From contig NW_024704742.1 of NCBI RefSeq assembly GCF_018977255.1, positions 20,152,001-20,216,000 of the forward strand: a stretch of DNA of 64,000 bases, in the 5' to 3' direction. This stretch comes from Callorhinchus milii (Eukaryota). Numbering within the stretch: the stretch's first letter is position 1; each line of letters opens with the position of its first letter. A model generated the notes under the pieces. It was given only the letters and a program-made list of their open reading frames with translations. It was not told the origin of the DNA and made no database searches. Positions 37,226 to 49,463 of the stretch are shown one piece after another. Made by a program: the position numbers and the translations under genes.

Positions 37226-39550
37226 TACAGGTACAGTTACAGAGTTACAGATATGCAAGTGGAACAACAGTCAGATTTGATCATTGATTCAAGAACTAAT
37301 GCTGGCTCCTTTTACTGTCCTTCACAATAATCAGGAACAGATATTTAAAATTCAAGTAGATGAAATATGTGACACCATTCACCAGATTGTTCCCTGCAGA
37401 CGGACTAATAAATTGTGATAGGCTCAAACTCCAGAAAAAAACTTTTACAGCGCATATAACATTAAAACATATCGAAGCATTTCACAGTAAATACCTGTCA
37501 CATGAAATAAGTGTTTTTAGGAAAACTCAGCAGACATTTTGAACAAAGTAAAGTTCCCAAAACGTCTGTGAGATCTGAAACCTCCTCCTGTTTTTTGATC
37601 AAGGGATCTTTAACATCCTCCTGTGCAAGCTGGTGGGGATTGCAGTTTAACCACACATCTAAAAGCCTGCACCACCGATAATGCAGTGCTCCCCCAGGAC
37701 TGACTGCAGTGGCGTCGTGTTCCGCCACTGTCAAGTTCTCTGGGATGCCACCCGGTGTGAGGGGCGCTATATAAATGCAAGTTGTTGATGTTGTTGTTAC
37801 CCTCGCCCAAACAAAAGGAAGAACCGATATTTACTGCAGTTTAACATCAAAGTTTATATTTTTATTTCGGGATTCATGAAATACTTTGTGCATGTGGCTT
37901 TGTTTTCTATTGGACTCAACAACAAATCAGTTCTATCGCTCCTTCCTCTTGTCTTTTTGATCACATGTGAGAGTGACACCGGATGGTGATCGACTGGTTG
38001 GAGACCCCTGGGTCTAGACTGTAGGCTTATATCCTGTTGTGAGGCTTGGGTCCCCAACATTCTAACCCATTCTAACCAACAGAGCTGAGCTGAAAATTAG
38101 ATTTTTTTTTAACCTTGAAAGCTAGTGGGTGGGTCTAGCAATGAAATCTTGAAAGGGATGAATACAAACAGACTCAGGTTAGCTTCCTGCCATGTCGCCA
38201 GTCTCAGATGTTCCGGCTGAAACTAAATCAATTCTATTTACTAGATGAAATAAGATTGCAAAACGGGCACCAAGGCAACACTAAGCAAACCGAAGACAAG
38301 GGGAAGTGGTTCAAATACGACAGATTCAAATGAGATTTCTTAAAGTGAAGTCTGAATCCCAAATGGGAATTTCTTCCAGTAACTGTTATAAGTTATTCAG
38401 AGCTGTGAGAGCTCTACTCTCAAAAGATAGTGTTCAATGCAATTTTCTGTAGGTCTGAATGATGTACTAGTCTATCTGTACTGATCTGGTGAATGGTGTC
38501 ACGTCTTTCATCAAGTTGAATTTAAATTTGAAATAGCTGTTTCTGAGTATTGTGAAGGACGGAAAATGTAGTCACTGATCAAGCATGATTCAATCATGAT
38601 TGAATCCAACTGCCGTTGTTCACGTACATCGTTTCCTGTTTACCATTTTGAATCTGTATCAAGGAATCAAGTTTGAAAAGAGTTTATTGCAAGGCATTGG
38701 TGTTTCTTATAGCTTTATATTAAGCTAGTAACTTCCATTCATTTGATTCAGGAATGTGACTCAGGATGCAAATTCAGAAGCCGGAATAGACTTGCTGGTA
38801 GGGTTACTTGATAGCTAAAGGTGGTTACTTGGCAACCACCTTCAGATAAGGAATAGTACATTATATGATATGAAAGCATGAGCTGTTACACCCAACAGAG
38901 TCCTGCCATCCAAAACATTTTGTTGGGAACTATCTTCAGAAGTAAAGAATTACTGTAGATTGGCCCTTTTAAGTCGAACAAATGTCTCATTGCACAAAAC
39001 CGTTCGTTGAGAATATTTTCTTGGCACATGTAGAAATCCATCACCATGCTTAAGAGTATCCAAATCTGATTGAGAATTCCACACACATTACCCTGTGTCA
39101 GGACTAGAATGTGCACTCCATGTTCATTGGGGCCTGAGCTCTCCCACTTCCTTCCCTTCACACAATTTTTAATCCATATCTTACACCTAGTATCCAGTGA
39201 CATACATTTGTGAAGTTGTCTCTCATGACTTATTTTATTAAATGTCTTTAGGTAGACTCCATTATATGGCTTTTCACAGTGAATTTAGGATGTCACCTCA
39301 TCAAAACAGACTATGAGGTTGGTCAGACATTGCATTTTATATGAGTCATCTCCTATTTATGATTCTTTAAACTCAAGCGAGAAAGTCGATGTCTCCTTGT
39401 GGTTGCCATTTTAACCCTGACAGTCTGGAAAAGTACTGACTGATATAATTTTACATTGAAGCATTTTAAAACTGTCATAAACCTCATACTATGTGGTGTT
39501 AAGATTGCTTTTTGGTTAGCTGGGTGTTTCGCACATGAGGAAACTCATTA

Positions 39551-39690
39551 CTGAGAGTTCCACATACGAATGGTTTCCGTTTCTCTGTAATGGAATGGAT
39601 ACTCTCTCCCCAGAAGGACACAAACTGCTTGCTTAATCTTAGAGCACTTCAGCAGAAGTTGGCAAGAAGCAAGGCCTTGGGAACCATAGA
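39551..39690 (-). mobile_element. Degenerate RTE-X-like 3' UTR fragment
   Basis: GGAATGGATACTCTCTCCCCAGAAGGACAC...CAAGGCCTTGGGAACC resembles 62750-62850. Confidence 0.5.
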
Positions 39691-39744
39691 AATTGCACTC
39701 TCTGAAATTAGGACAAAGGAAAGATGTGAAATATTCAACCGTTA

Positions 39745-40090
39745 ATAATAATCCATACATTGATATAGCATTTTCATGTGAGGAGGACGTCTCAAAGAGC
39801 TTTACACTGAAGTGGAGATTCTGTATATTATGTGTGCAAATATGACAACCAATTTACGCACAGCAATGACTCACAAACAGTCAATAATTGAATGACCAAT
39901 TTTAATTGAGGGATTGCTGGCGGGGATATTGGAAGAAACTTGCTTCTCTTTTCGGATAGTGCTATGGGATCTTTAACATCCACCTGCACAGACAAGGCAG
40001 ACAGGACATCAGTTTTATGTCTCATCCAAAGAACAGGACCTCTAACAATGCAGCATACCCAGCAATGCATTGGAATGATAGGATAGATTA
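39745..40090 (-). mobile_element. Deu-domain SINE
   Basis: Minus strand GGTGGATGTTAAAGATCCCATAGCACTATCCG plus the shared 3' end. Confidence 0.72.
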
Positions 40091-40190
40091 TATGGGTTTC
40101 AAAAACTTGTGTGAGAGTTGTATTCTGTGTTGTTCAGTCAATGTTAGCAGGGGCCATGTCATACCCACCACCGCTTATTAGTGCACAATA

Positions 40191-40702
40191 TCATAGAATC
40201 ATAGAATTTACAGCACAGAAGGAGGCCATTCGGCCCATCGTGCCTGTACAGGCTCATTGGAAGAGCTACCCAATCAGTCCCACTCCCCTGCTCTCTCCCC
40301 ATATCTTTGCAAATTTTTCCTTGTCAAGTACCCATCCAATTCCCTTTTGAAAGTTGTTATTGAATCTGTTTCTACCACTGTTTCAGGCAATGCATTCCAG
40401 ACTGTAACAACTCTCTGTGTAAAGAAATATATCCTCATCTCCCCTTTGGTTCTTTTGACAATTATCTTAAATCTATGTGCTCTGGTTAATGACCCACCTG
40501 TCAGTGGAAACAGTTACTCCCTATCTACTCTATCAAAACCCCTCATAATTTTGAAAGCTTTATTAAATCTCCCCTTAACCTTCTCTGTTTTAAGGAGAAC
40601 AATCCCAGCTTCTCTAGTCTCTTCACATCACTAAAGTCCCTCATCCCTGGTACCATTCTGGTAAACCTCCTCTGCACCCTCTTCAAGGCTTTGATATCCT
40701 TG
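40191..40702 (-). mobile_element. CR1 LINE 3' fragment
   Basis: TCATAGAATCATAGAA tail and AGAAGGAGGCCATTCGGCCCATCG. Body is the reverse complement of 41750-42178. Confidence 0.88.
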
Positions 40703-41640
40703 ATTTAAGAGTCTAATGGATAAAACAAAAGGTATTTTTGAATAAAATATTTATTACATACAAGTTCATCTCAGTTAGCTCTCACACTGTTAAAGCAATT
40801 CATTATAAAGAAAAGGTTGTGATACATTATTAATCACTTTACTTTATATCTGTAATGAAGTAGTTATTACATGCTTAATTTAGTCAGGAAAAATTTAAAC
40901 AGAACATTAAAGCAGAATATTACACAGTGATTATTCAAGAAAACTGTGTTTTGCCAAAATGATGTAATTTCTTTCTTAATCAAAGATGAAAGAGCTCCCA
41001 ATCCTTTAACATTTCTGTTAGGAACGTGATAACAGCCCATGCTGGAATGAATCAGCCCTGGATGAGTACTGAGAGGCAGTTTCCTCTGCAATCTTCCATA
41101 CCTGACCTCAACATGCTTGCCACAAATTTGATGTATTTGTGTATCAAAAGGAATAATGAAACTCAGCAATTGTCTGGAATCAATGAGTCTCAACTCATCT
41201 CATTAAGATGACTAAAGTCTGACAACTTCTGTATTGAGTTTCAAGATGTGCACAGCAGTCAAAGGTCAGACTTAAATATAATACAAAGCTGAAGGTTCTG
41301 TGAGCTGCTTTTCCATGACACGTTTGTTTCTGAAAGCAAGCCCCCTCTGGAGAAAAATCATAATAAAAAGCGTCCTGTTTTCCCAGGGTTAAATTTACAA
41401 AACCAATGAATCAAGAATCTATGCATTGCAGAAGGAGACAATGTGGCTCATTGTACCAGTGCTGACTCTTCATTCAGTCACATTCCTTTGCCCTTTCCCC
41501 ACAAACACTTACATTTTTTCTTTTTCAAATATATGTACAATGAGCTCAAGGTACAATGAGCCACATTGTCTCTTTCTGCAATGTACAGATTTATGATTCT
41601 ATGATTCTGTAAATTCAAGCCTGGGAAAACAGGACACTTA

Positions 41641-42178
41641 GGGACATAGAATACAAAAATCAGGAAGTTATGATAAACCTTTATAAAACACTGGTTAGGC
41701 CTCAGCTACAGTACTGTGTTCAGTTCTGGGCACCACACTTTAGGAAGGATGTCAAGGCATTGGAGAGGGTGCTAAGGAGATTTACCAGGATGGTACCAGG
41801 AATGAGGGACTTCAGTTATCAGGAGAGGGTAGATAAGTTAGGTTTATTCTCCTTGGAGCAGAGAAGGTTAAGAGAAGACTTCATAGACTGCTGTATACAT
41901 AGCTTTAAAAATTATGAGGGGATTCGATAGGGTGAACAAGGAGAAACTATTTCCACTGATAACCCGAGGATACTGATTTAAAATATTTGTTAAAAGAAAC
42001 AGAGGGGAGGTGAAGGGAAATGTTTTCACACAGCGAGTTGTTCAGATCTGGAATGCATTGCCTGAAAAGGTAAGGGGAGAGAGCGGGGGAGTGGGATTGA
42101 ATTGGAAAGCTCTTTTCAAAGAGCCGGTACAGGTATGATGGGCCGAATGGCCTCTTTCTGTGCTGTATGATTCTATGT
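41641..42178 (+). mobile_element. CR1 LINE 3' fragment
   Basis: ORF 41670-41930 LYKTLVRPQLQYCVQFWAPHFRKDVKALERVLRRFTRMVPG...LFSLEQRRLR, tail ATGATTCTATG. Confidence 0.93.
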
Positions 42179-43069
42179 TGTCTAGTTCTCTTTTCAAAAA
42201 AAACTATTAGTGATTCTCTACCAGTTTATAATATATTATTACTAAATAGTAGTGATAATTTTTGGGGAAAAATATTTTTCACTCCACTCGCTATCTACAA
42301 AAGCCGCCTAAAAATCTACTTCTTTGAACGTATCTCTGGTCACCTCCTTATTCAATGACACCATGCAAAAAAGTATGTTTGTGATGTCCTCTACCCAAAA
42401 GTCATTTGATATTCCAGTGCATCTCCTAGTCTCTGATAACATTATTATAAATGGATAAATATTTGATGTCAACATGCTACTTACACGACAATAGCAGATA
42501 TTGCACACCATGAAACTTCATTCCACCAAGAGCATCTTCTGGAAATGATGGGCCAATATGAAAACAGAGGAGACTCAAAATAACCAAAGCCACTTGCTAC
42601 CATATTTCAAACCTTTAAAGCCTTAGTATAAAAATGGCGTAAGATGCATTGTGTGAAAGGTCCAAGACACGCTTGACCTCTTGAATACAATCCTCAATTG
42701 AAATGCAGTCAGGACTCACTATTTAAAGATCAAAAAGGACCTTCAGGATATATTGACGTCTACAATCAGCATTTTATTTTAATATTCAGGGAAACTGAAC
42801 TAACATTTGGGCATAATGATGGAAATGTTTTTTGATCAAAGATGACCATGCTAATAACTTTCGGTTGGATAGACACTGATCCAGGGTAAAATATACAAGC
42901 TCGGTTATAGTATTTCATCATAAAATCTCAGCCTTTCAACTTACAAGAAATGACAACTTTCAAATTACAAGAAATTCATTGACCATCAAGCTTTATAGAA
43001 TCATTTGAAGGTTCATTTTAATTATTCCCATTCCGAGTAATGTGTACTTGCCTGCTTTATTAGTCCTGT

Positions 43070-43394
43070 GGAGTCCTGTAGCTCAGTGGTTAGAGCACTC
43101 GCTTTGCAAGTGAGAGACCTGAGTTCAATTCCAGGCAGGGCGAAACCTTGGGCAAGTTTCCTTACTCCACACGCCTAATAATAATCCCTCCAAAAACAAA
43201 AACAATAATAAATTGGTCATTTTCAATCTACGACTGTTTGTGGGACATTGCTGTGCGCAATTGGCTGCCGCGTTCGCCCACAAATATACAGTCAATTCAC
43301 TTTACAGTCTATTCTGTGAAGCGCTTTGGGACGTCCTCCCGACGTGAAAAGCGCTATATCAAATGCAAGGATTATTATTATTATTATTATTATT
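43070..43394 (+). mobile_element. Full-length young SINE (L2-type loop)
   Basis: Intact A and B boxes, GGGACGTCCTCCCGACGTG, (ATT)8 tail. Confidence 0.94.
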
Positions 43395-45625
43395 TTAAGA
43401 TTATGTTATTTAATCGCTCTGTTACTAAACTCATTTTGGTTAAATTGGCTAAAACCTCTATCATAAGATGGCAAGATTAGTTTGGCCCTTTGACCCATCT
43501 GATCTCATCCTCCAGAACACTCACCCATCTTCCCTCCATCACTGCATCAATCTGCTATTTATATAAGTCCAGTGTCCTGCCTGCCAACCTGCTCCGGTTA
43601 CTAATTATCCTCTGGGTAAAGAAAAATTTTGTGGTATCTACACAATACAATACTTTACATGTATTTAGCACAATTCATGTCCTATGATAATGGTTAGGTT
43701 ACAAATAATGGCACTCGAGTTGGGGATTGGAGTCGGAGGGGGGGGGTGGCGGGGGGGTTAGGGGAGGAGTGAGGTGACGGGAGGAGAAAAATGACTAAAG
43801 ATACACTTCTAGGAGGTCCCCTCTGAAGTGTCTTCTCTCAAGACTGAGTGACATAAACCATGACGTTGCTCTGTGGACCTTCATTTTGTTTGTATTATCA
43901 TCTGGTGATGTTTATAAGTTAATTTCTAGACATCTCATCATGATTGTTTCAAACTGTTTCATGTTATAATTTATATCACTGTTCATGGTATTTTTAAACC
44001 AATTGTATCCACTGGATATCATCTAAACTCATATTGCATTTGAAATGATTATGGCAAATCCAAGTAATTACATCTGGATGCATGCAATTTTGAGGCCTTG
44101 CCTTTCCAGGTCTTCGAGATGTCTTAAAGCGCTTTGAAGAACACAATACAAATTGAATTGACTGGGAAACGCCCACAAAAATGGCCACATATTAAGGTAC
44201 AAATGATGTCTTGATCTATTGTAAACTGCCTAAATTCGCTATACTTTGTGTGTGTACAGTATTATAAAGTGAATACATTCAATTTAAATCTATACAATGT
44301 GGTGTGAATTAACAAATGGCATTATCAAATTGTACAAAACATCAAGAGATTCAGAAGGGGATCAAGGCAATTGTTTTAAGGAGTTTACAAACTGAGCTGT
44401 CGGCTTGAGAGAGCTGCAGTGTATGTAGAGAATGAAATTGAATTGGGAAATTTAGTGTGTCTGGTACAGGGCAGGTCCATTTATAGCACAACTGCAACAG
44501 GGACCCACAATATATCAAAATTGCAATATACTTCTGGCTTTGGGTGCTTAGAGCACAGGATTAGAAGATCTCCTGGAATACCAGCAATCTTTGGAACACA
44601 CAGCGTACAGGAAGTGATGTTAGCACAGACCAGACAACTTGGAAGTTGCTTTTACACCATGCCCTTTCAATGGAGGGCCTGATTTTCTGAACCCCAGATG
44701 GTATATGGACCTGTGTAATTAGCAGAATAGCTGCACGTAATATGGGAAATGACACTATTTTCTCCACCAGTTAATGCGATCGCCTTGCCAACATTGTCTG
44801 TAAACCATAGTCACAGCACATAGTGCACCCATCGAATGGTGACTTCAACAAGGAGAGCTGTGAAGCTTCAGCAATAATAGTTTTGCAATCTGCACAGCAT
44901 CTGGCGATAGCCACCAAACCTGGGATATAAAAACTTAATCTGATTTAATATCTTAGAAATCACTGTGTGATTTCTCCAAGCTATCCTTTTTCAACATTGA
45001 AAAGCATTAACTTATCTAATTATTGTTCATAGCTCAATTTTCTAACACTGAGGATCATCTCGTTGCTCTCCATTGCACTGTCTCTAGAGTCTGAGCTGCC
45101 CCTTTGTGTTATGGTGAATCCAGATTCTAGGTAACAACCTCCAGCAGCTGTTATCCTATTCCTTAGAGTTTCACAGTCAGTGTTTTATCGAACATCTAGC
45201 TGCAGTATTGTGGGCAGACATTTGTACATTTGCCATGTTGTTGCGCCATAACATCAAAACGAACGTACAAGAAATAGATATTGCTGTTGCACCAGATATT
45301 ATCCAGATATTATAGGGCAAGGCTGTTAAAAAATGTCACTTATTTGGAGTGAAACTCATTTAATTTAGAATTTTGTAGTATTTCTTAACAGATTTATTTT
45401 AATAAGATGTTCTATTATCAACTTTCTAACACATGTTGTTAGATGTGCTGTAGAAGGCATTACAAAAATTCTAAATCATTGCGTATATTAAAAAATGTTT
45501 TCCTCAGCAGGTTGCATATTTTAGAAATTTGATAATTACACATTTCTTAAGAAATCGCTTACCAGATGTTTCAATTTCGACCCATAAACTGCTTGAATAC
45601 ACTTCATCCCTAAAAAAGTAAATAC

Positions 45626-45822
45626 CTCGCCCCCACCTTAGCCTCCTTCAAGTCCCACCCCAAAACCATCCTCCTCGACCATGCCATCAATCACCTCCCT
45701 TCTGCTCCCCTCCCTTCTCCCTCCCCGACCCCAGCTCTGGTCTGAAATGCTGTACACTATCCAGCACTTGGGACGTCCTCCCGACATGAAAGGCGCTATA
45801 CAAATGTAATCTTGTTGTTGTT
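45626..45822 (+). mobile_element. L2 family-A 3' end
   Basis: CCTCCTTCAAGTCCC...TTGGGACGTCCTCCCGACATGAAAGGCGC...(TTG)4. Confidence 0.85.
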
Positions 45823-47135
45823 GAGTATAACAATATTAATTCAGTTCTACGTTCTTTGTGGTTATATCTGCACCAGAGTGTTTACCCTGGAGACTATAAA
45901 AGTGATGCTGGATTTATGCAGGTATAAAGTGTCGAGTTTAAATGGGGTCACTCACAAATGTAATGACCGATTCAATTGCACAATAACTTTCATCCTTGTT
46001 TGTACATTACAGGCAAAATCTGAGGTAATGCAAACCTCACAGCACATTCCATTCGACCGTGGCAGAAATGGAGCTGAACAACAGCAGTATTCTCTCCACA
46101 ACTGTAACCCTGGAAAAAGCGAGGATTTTATGCAAAACTTGAGGGAATTTTGCAACACCGGCAACTTCCCCTTGTGTGAATGTTTGAAAAGTAAATGTTT
46201 TGATTTAACGTATAGAAATAAATAATCAGGTAAAAGAATAAATGAATACATGCTTAACTGAAGTATCAGTTTTGTCAGCCTCACTTCAGTCTGGCTTTAT
46301 TCTGTGCATGCCTTTACAAGCTGCAGAGTATTAATAATATGTGTGAATAGGTCCTAATGATATTCTGAATTTACATAATGAGTACAAATGGCCTAAAGAT
46401 CTGACTGCAGTTTGCACATCCTGTAGATGGAAGCAGTTTGCGTAATTACAGTCTTATAAACAAGTCCAGTGACAACATTTCAATACTGAATTCTTTCATG
46501 CCTGACATCTATCAAAAAGATGCATCCTACATCACAATGCTGCGGTCACTTCAAGCTTTCATTATATTCACACATACGCTGACTATTTGCAAAGACTTTG
46601 AAGAATGTTTAAATATGTGGTTTGTTGTAACATTGCTGTGCATCGTACTCTTGAAGATGGATAATATTTTGGCTTTGAGAAATAGAGGCCATCTCTCCAG
46701 TTACAAAGATTGGACCATTTTTTCTAGTATCGCGAAAGACTCAGAATTCACGAGTGACACATTGATAAGTGAGTTACAGTGCTCTTTTCCATAAGTGAAG
46801 GCATGGTTGAAACTCATGGCCATTGGTGAGCCATTCCATTTATCCCATAGATGGGAAGCTCTTGCTGGATTCTTGAATTCATCCTTGAATTAATTATGGA
46901 TACTGCTCCTGACTTCCATCAAGTGTTGTTTCATACATGTTTAATAGCACTTGAGATTTTCATTGACGTGCCATAATAAATCTCTAGCCAATGAGATTTA
47001 CCACTCATTCCAGAAACTAGCTTTCATTTAAAGCATATAGCATTGTATCAAATATAATTTGAGGCAATGTAAGAAAATTTTCTCAATAGTTACAATTTTC
47101 CAAGTCACGTGTGCCTCTATTTCTCAGTTTTATCA

Positions 47136-47370
47136 CATGGCCACACTTTCAGCCACTACACCCCGAAACTCTGGAATACTCTTCCTAAATCCCTCCACCT
47201 TCTCTCCTCCTTCCCCATCTTTGGGTCATGCCTGAAGACCTTCCTCTTTGACCGTGCCTATGGTATTCTTCCCCTGCCCCTGGCTCGGTTTCGTGCTCCG
47301 AGAATGCCGAGCGCTCTGGGACACTATCTTGCATGAGGGGCGCTATATAAATGCAAGTTGTTGTTGTTAT
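47136..47370 (+). mobile_element. L2 family-B 3' end
   Basis: FSHYTPKLWNTLPKSL...LKTFLFDRAY plus (TTG)n. Confidence 0.8.
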
Positions 47371-48269
47371 TGTGGATGTCAGAAGTGACAATAGGATCAC
47401 TCTTGGCTGCAATGCCCCCTCCCACCTCCCCTTCTCCCCATGTCCGAATGTTGACTGTAAAGTCTCAGGTGTAATGATTATTGGGAGTACTGAAGGTTGC
47501 CTTGTGCCCTGGACCCCTAAACCAGTCAAAGGAAAATTATTATTGATCTATCAATTTTATCAAAGAGATAGAATCTGAAGGCTCTGGAATATTTTACATC
47601 TGATTGTTGAGGATTGGGGATTCAGGCGGAGGGATCTGGCTTGTGAAGCGAAAATAATGATCCTTGGGATTTTATCCAGTGAATGTAAAGGATTATTTTA
47701 TCCATTGTCAACAGCACAATGCAATATTCTCATGTGCCTCATGCTTATTTTTTCATTATAACTTCCATAAACTTCTGTCACAGTCAGAAGAAATCAATCG
47801 CACACATTTGTCATAATGTACAAATTCATAATTTTGCAACAACTCTAGACGCTGTATGTTTGAACTCATTTATTCACTCCAATACCTTGAAAGCCTGCCT
47901 TCCACTATCCTATCTTTATTGCATCATGAAAGAAATCGCTTTAGTTTGCATTTTTACTTGTCACGCTGTTGCAACTTGGGACCATAAAATCTATGTGCAA
48001 AACTATATATAATACAGGGATTATGCTATAAATAATTGAAGGCTGGGAGATAGTGTGTGATTGAAGTTTTGCATTCATTTTTTGGTTTGTAATCCCAAAA
48101 CAACTTTGATGAAGTTGCAAAACAGGTGTCCTGTATAGTCTTAACAACCTCTGTGTAAAGCCAGGACCGAGCCATTGTCCTGATGAGTGCTCAGTATTGC
48201 ATTTAATACTAATGGATTTTCCCACTGTAACTGTGCATTCTAAAAGTATAGTGTGCAGATTTATAATAG

Positions 48270-48642
48270 TAATAATAATCAGTGCAATGCAGTGATTGCA
48301 CATTTTGTAGGCAATCACAACACCTAATTTGTGTAATGTCCCACAACAACCATGAAAATTAATCACCAATTTTATTGGAGATTGTTGGCCAGGACACCAG
48401 GAGAAACTCTTGTCTTTTTGAATAGTGCCATGGGTTCTTTAACGTCCACCTGAACAGGCAGACAGGACCTCAATTTAACATCTCATCCAAAGCAGAGCAC
48501 CTCCAAACAGAGCAATGCTCCCTGAGCACTAAACAGACATGAAGTGGATTTGCAGCCTAAACTGTGAGCACCAAGTCCCAATGTTAGGCTTGAACACACC
48601 ATATTTGGACACAAAGTTAAAGGTGTTAGTAGCTGAGCCAGG
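48270..48642 (-). mobile_element. Deu-domain SINE
   Basis: Minus strand GATGAGATGTTAAATTGAGGTCCTGTCTGCCTGTTCAGGTGGACGTTAAAGAACCCATGGCAC. Confidence 0.78.
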
Positions 48643-49463
48643 ATTCTTACAACCTACCCACATAACAACAACAACAGCTGACAATTTTAAATAATGTCTC
48701 TCTAAACAGACTTTGTTTTCCTCCAGATGTATACATTTATTATTTATAAAGAAGATTCATCTAAGGAAGCTGAATTGTTGTTGACCAAATTGTTTTCAAC
48801 AGAATTCATTTATGAGGATAAAGAAAACAAGGTTTACTCTGGATTTTCCAGGGATTTCAATGTATTTCACAATAATGAAAACTAAAATAATTGGTGCAGA
48901 TCTTGAATAGTTGAAGAAATGATTCAAGGTTTTAGCTGAACTATTCGAATTTAGAGTAATTGCAAGATATGCATTAAATGCTCAGATGTGCTTAATCACT
49001 TTGATCTTAAACTCATTCGTTCCATGTCTGGTTTTAGCTCTGTCAAATCAGCTGGATTGTGTCCCTATGGAATGAATGGAAATATAAAATTGACAGTGAA
49101 AAATGGAAACAACTCTAGAGTGTATTATGCCTCATTCCTTCTAACTAATTGGAGCTTCAGATTTTATTTTGTTGTGTCATTTTTATTGTATTCTATGAAG
49201 AATGTTTTGAGTAAATACAATATGTTACATTTTGTGTGCCTGTGCAGGAATCGGTAGGAATATTTTATTCTTAGTTTTCTAAAACGCATAAAACATCAGT
49301 TTTGAAACTTGCTTCAGCAAATGTTACACAGTATCATAGAATTTTACACACAGTTGGAGGTCGTTCGGTCCATCATATTTGTGCCAGGTTTCTGAAAGAG
49401 CAATCTATTTAGACACAATTCCCTTCCTTTCGCCAAAACCATTTGATAATTTTCTTATCACTC

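Noticed and set aside
38587..38606. Perfect 20-bp palindrome GATTCAATCATGATTGAATC
   Set aside because: One such AT-rich palindrome in 64 kb is not far from chance, and there is no supporting context.
16497..43480. Repeated near-identical ORFs (MGKFPYSTRL..., MVRALALQAR...) as a peptide gene family
   Set aside because: They are chance frames within SINE copies.
43712..43786. G-rich tract with G-quadruplex potential
   Set aside because: Low-complexity sequence with no promoter or CpG-island context.
45812..46225. 137-aa ORF with a possible acceptor near 46012
   Set aside because: It starts in an L2 tail, has no recognisable domain and has no convincing donor.
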